Shown one piece after another: positions 60,694 to 64,000 of a DNA stretch of 64,000 bases. Origin of the DNA: Neovahlkampfia damariscottae (Eukaryota); NCBI GenBank assembly GCA_016618085.1, contig JABLTG010000036.1:62001-126000 (forward strand), read 5' to 3'. A program made the translations under genes and the position numbers. Within the stretch, counting starts at the first letter, position 1. Each line of letters begins with the position of its first letter. The notes under the pieces are model-generated. The model searched no databases. It saw only the letters and a program-made list of their open reading frames with translations, and was not told the DNA's origin.

Positions 60694-63606
60694 TCATTCT
60701 TCATTTTTCTTCTTCATCCCTTGAGTGATAACCAACAAAGAATCACATAATATTTTTTGAACATCCAATAATTCTTGAATTGAAAGGTTCTCTTGACTGT
60801 TCTCTAATCTTCGAAAAAATAATTCACCTTCTTCTACCAAATTATGAGTGAATTGAACTTTTTTTGAACTTTTTGATTTTTTTAATGAAGGAGTCTTTAA
60901 AATTCCTTTTGCCATTTGTGTTGGTGTTTTCATTGGACTTATGGTATACTCATGATCTATTTCTTCATTATCATCAATGGAACTTCTTGTAACAATATTT
61001 GATATTTTTCTTGGAGGTGTGAGTAACACTTAAAAAAATGAGTGAATTTGTTTAAAAATTACTTGAAGAAGGTGAATTGATTTTTTCTTCAATGATCATT
61101 TTGGCTTTTGGTGGTGATGAAAATGAAATTGAAGGTGTTGGATTTTGAGAGCATCCAGTTCCAATACCCTCAAATAAATCAGTTTCATTTGATTCTTTTA
61201 ATTTCTTTGATTCTTGATTAATTTCAAATTCATCTAAAGATCTTTTTTTATTTAATTTCTTGTAGATTTTCAATAAATTTGTTGTTAAAACATCTTGATT
61301 CATCTCAGTAATAAATTTGATAGTTTCACTTTTTAATTCTTGATTTGTCAAAGAGATTAATAATGGTTTTTCAATGGTTTCAAATGACTTTTGATTTAAT
61401 TCAGAGCATCGTTTCAATGCTCTTAATGATTCACTCCAAATTGATAAATTTGATGAGAGAATTGCACTTAAATTGGCAAAGATGGGAATTATTTTTTCTG
61501 ATTTAACTTTCAATCCTTTCATCAAAGAAAATATACAATCATTGAAATTTTTGAATTTTCTTTCTTTTAATTTTCTTGTAAATTTTATAAATTCTGTAAA
61601 AGCTGCTTGTGGATAAATCAATTCAATTGATTCACAAATAAATTTGAATGGATACAAAACATTTGGATTTTCTTCAAATTTTGATAATTCAGTGCATAAT
61701 TGTGGAAGATTTTTGTTCAAGTTAATATGAAAATATTTCCAATTTTTTTCAGTTTCAGAAGAAATATGTTTTAATTGTAAAGGATACAAATACAGTCCAT
61801 AAAATTTTTTGAATTCTAATGATGATGGTAGATTTGAAACATAAATATTCCATAATAAAATTGATTTTTCATGAGAAACTTGATTCAACTTACTAACAAT
61901 CCATTTTGACTCCATTTCAATCATCTTTAAAAATATTAATTTCAAAAGAATATTTTACCATATTTTGTGGTGTACAAGATATTATAACTTCAATAATATT
62001 TTTGTATGAATCATTTTTTTCAAATATTGATGGAATTTCAATCCATTTCTCAATAAAGAATTGAATAAATGCAATCTTAAATAATTCATTTGGTGTTGAA
62101 GTTAAAATAGTTTTAACAATTCCATCAAGAAATTCAATCCAATTTTCTTTGGTAAAGAATTCAATTGGGAATGAATCAATAAGTTTTTCAAAAAAATATA
62201 TTACATTATCCATCAAAGTTGCATTTATATATTTACATAATTGTTGAAGGACTCTAATTAACAAAAACTAAAAAGTCAAAGAATATATTTCTTACAATAT
62301 CATTATTTACAAATTCCGCATTCTTTTGTACTTGTGATAATAAAAAATCCAAAAAAAAAGTGAAATCTTCAAGAGGTAATCTTTGTAATTTTTTTGGATT
62401 GAATAATTCATCTTTCATGAATAAATACAATTTTTCCCAAAGTTTTTGATTTTTTAATTTAAAAAGTGAATCAATCACCGATTGAAAATTTGAATGAAAA
62501 TATTTTGATGAAGAAAAGAATAGAAATCTTGTCAAATTACTCCATGTTTCAATAGCTTCAAATTTTACAGCATCTTCATTTGAATGTCTTAACATTCTAT
62601 CAATTGGTGTCATGATAAATTTGATTCTAGTTTCAGAATTTTCTAACTTTGATTTGGTTGATATCCAATTTTGTACACATAATTTCCATGATTTTAAAGA
62701 TTCAATTTTAACTTTTTCACTTGAATTTGAAGAAAATCCTTTCTAAAAATTATTTAGTTGGTTAAAATCAAGAAATTACTTCAAAGTATTGATTTATATC
62801 ATTTATAATTTTCTTTAAATATTCTCCAGAAAGTAGAATATAATAACCTAATATCTTCATTGATTTTACATTTATTTTTGAAAAATGATCTTTTAATTTT
62901 GATGTATTGATTTCTTTTAAAACAATTTTTGATAATTTTTTTAAAGTTAATGAATATTCTGGTTTATACAAAAGTTGAAAAATTCTTTGTGTCTCCAAAA
63001 GACTTTGAGCAAGTGAAGATATATTTCCTTCTAAATTGATACAAAGAGCAAGATTGAATATCCATAACTCTGAATAAAGAATTGTGTGGTGTGTAAAAGT
63101 GATAATGAAATATTCAAGTGTTTTAAAAGTTTCTTTTAAAATATTTTCATCAGTATTATTCAATGAGAAACCCAAGATTTTAAAAATGAAATCAAAATTC
63201 TCGGTCAATTGCTCTAAAGAAAACCTTTGTGAACCTAAAAACCTTATAACTTGAGAAATTGAGTTATTTGAATCTTTGACAATCTTGCCCATAACCTTCA
63301 ATATTTTGTGGAGTTCGTTTTCTTTTTGAATTAAAAAAATAAAAAAGTACTTGAAAAGATATTTACAAAATGATTTCTACATGACAAATATTCAATAATA
63401 TACATCGAATTTGGGTTATTTGAAATTAAATCAACGAGACTTTGCTCAATCATTGAAGAAAGTTGAGATTTTAAAAATTCAGAATTTTCTTCAGTATCCA
63501 GAGCCTTTAGGACCAACAAAAAATCATGGTACAAATCATTTTTATCACTTTTCTTCGTTTTGATCTGTCGGAAAATTTCTTCAAACCTTTGCTTTGGTTC
63601 CACCAT
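60694..63606 (-). CDS. RIF1: Rif1-like protein (HEAT repeats + PP1-docking motifs)
   Basis: Long HEAT-like N-terminus; GILK followed by KKVQF (SILK/RVxF); SP/TP sites; C-terminal helix SIQELLDVQKIL; five introns. Confidence 0.72.
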
Positions 63607-63680
63607 TGGTTGAAAAAATTCCGTTAATAATAAAATGATCCAATCAAACTGCACTATTTTCCAAAAAACAAGAAACAACA

Positions 63681-64000
63681 ATGTCCGATTTTGAAAAAGC
63701 AACAGCATATGTAAAGAATGGATCAGCTAAAACACAATATCCAGGAAAAGAAATGACACAAGAAGAAGGTTTAAGAATGTACGCACTCTTTAAACAAGCT
63801 ACAGTTGGAACTTGTGCTGATAAAGGTATGAAAAAAAAATTAAGTAAAATTCTCAGGTGGTGACAGACCAGGATTTTTATCATTCGAAGCTAAAGCTAAA
63901 TGGGATGCATGGAACGCTTTAGGAGACATGAGCGCTGATGAAGCAAAAGCTGCTTATGTTAAAGCACTCACAGACTATTGTCCAGATTGGCAAAAATTCT
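63681..64000 (+). CDS. acyl-CoA-binding protein (runs off window end)
   Basis: FEKATAYVK, LRMYALFKQATVG, RPGFLSFEAKAKWDAW, MSADEAKAAYV; one intron. Confidence 0.95.

Noticed and set aside
1363..63883. Numerous 60-120 aa ORFs antisense or out of frame to real genes, and TTG/GTG-started extensions in the ORF track
   Set aside because: Low-complexity shadows of AT-rich coding sequence or read-through into introns; no motifs.

Overview
This is a very AT-rich, gene-dense eukaryotic (protist-like) nuclear window, not a prokaryotic one. It holds about 40 protein genes broken by very short GT-AG introns (about 28-44 nt), with intergenic spacers often under 120 bp. A CCAAT/ATTGG box sits just upstream of nearly every start codon, and there is one tRNA-Leu(UAA). 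The ORF track fragments most genes, so I rebuilt gene models by hand. Highlights: (1) a hidden AhpC/TSA-like selenoprotein (RHFG-U-MF-C) with a type II SECIS; (2) apparent ultra-micro exons, namely two abutting introns with a zero-nucleotide exon before the Sec codon, a 1-nt exon needed to keep frame in another gene, and a start codon split by an intron; (3) a helicase-less Dicer-like protein whose second RNase III domain has lost catalytic residues; (4) unusual architectures (WW plus twin-CX9C, chromodomain plus USP, kinase-STAND without output domain); (5) a candidate GTG start, overlapping convergent CDSs, a ubiquitin relic and two candidate ncRNAs. All assignments come from motif recognition by eye; no database searches or RNA data were available.
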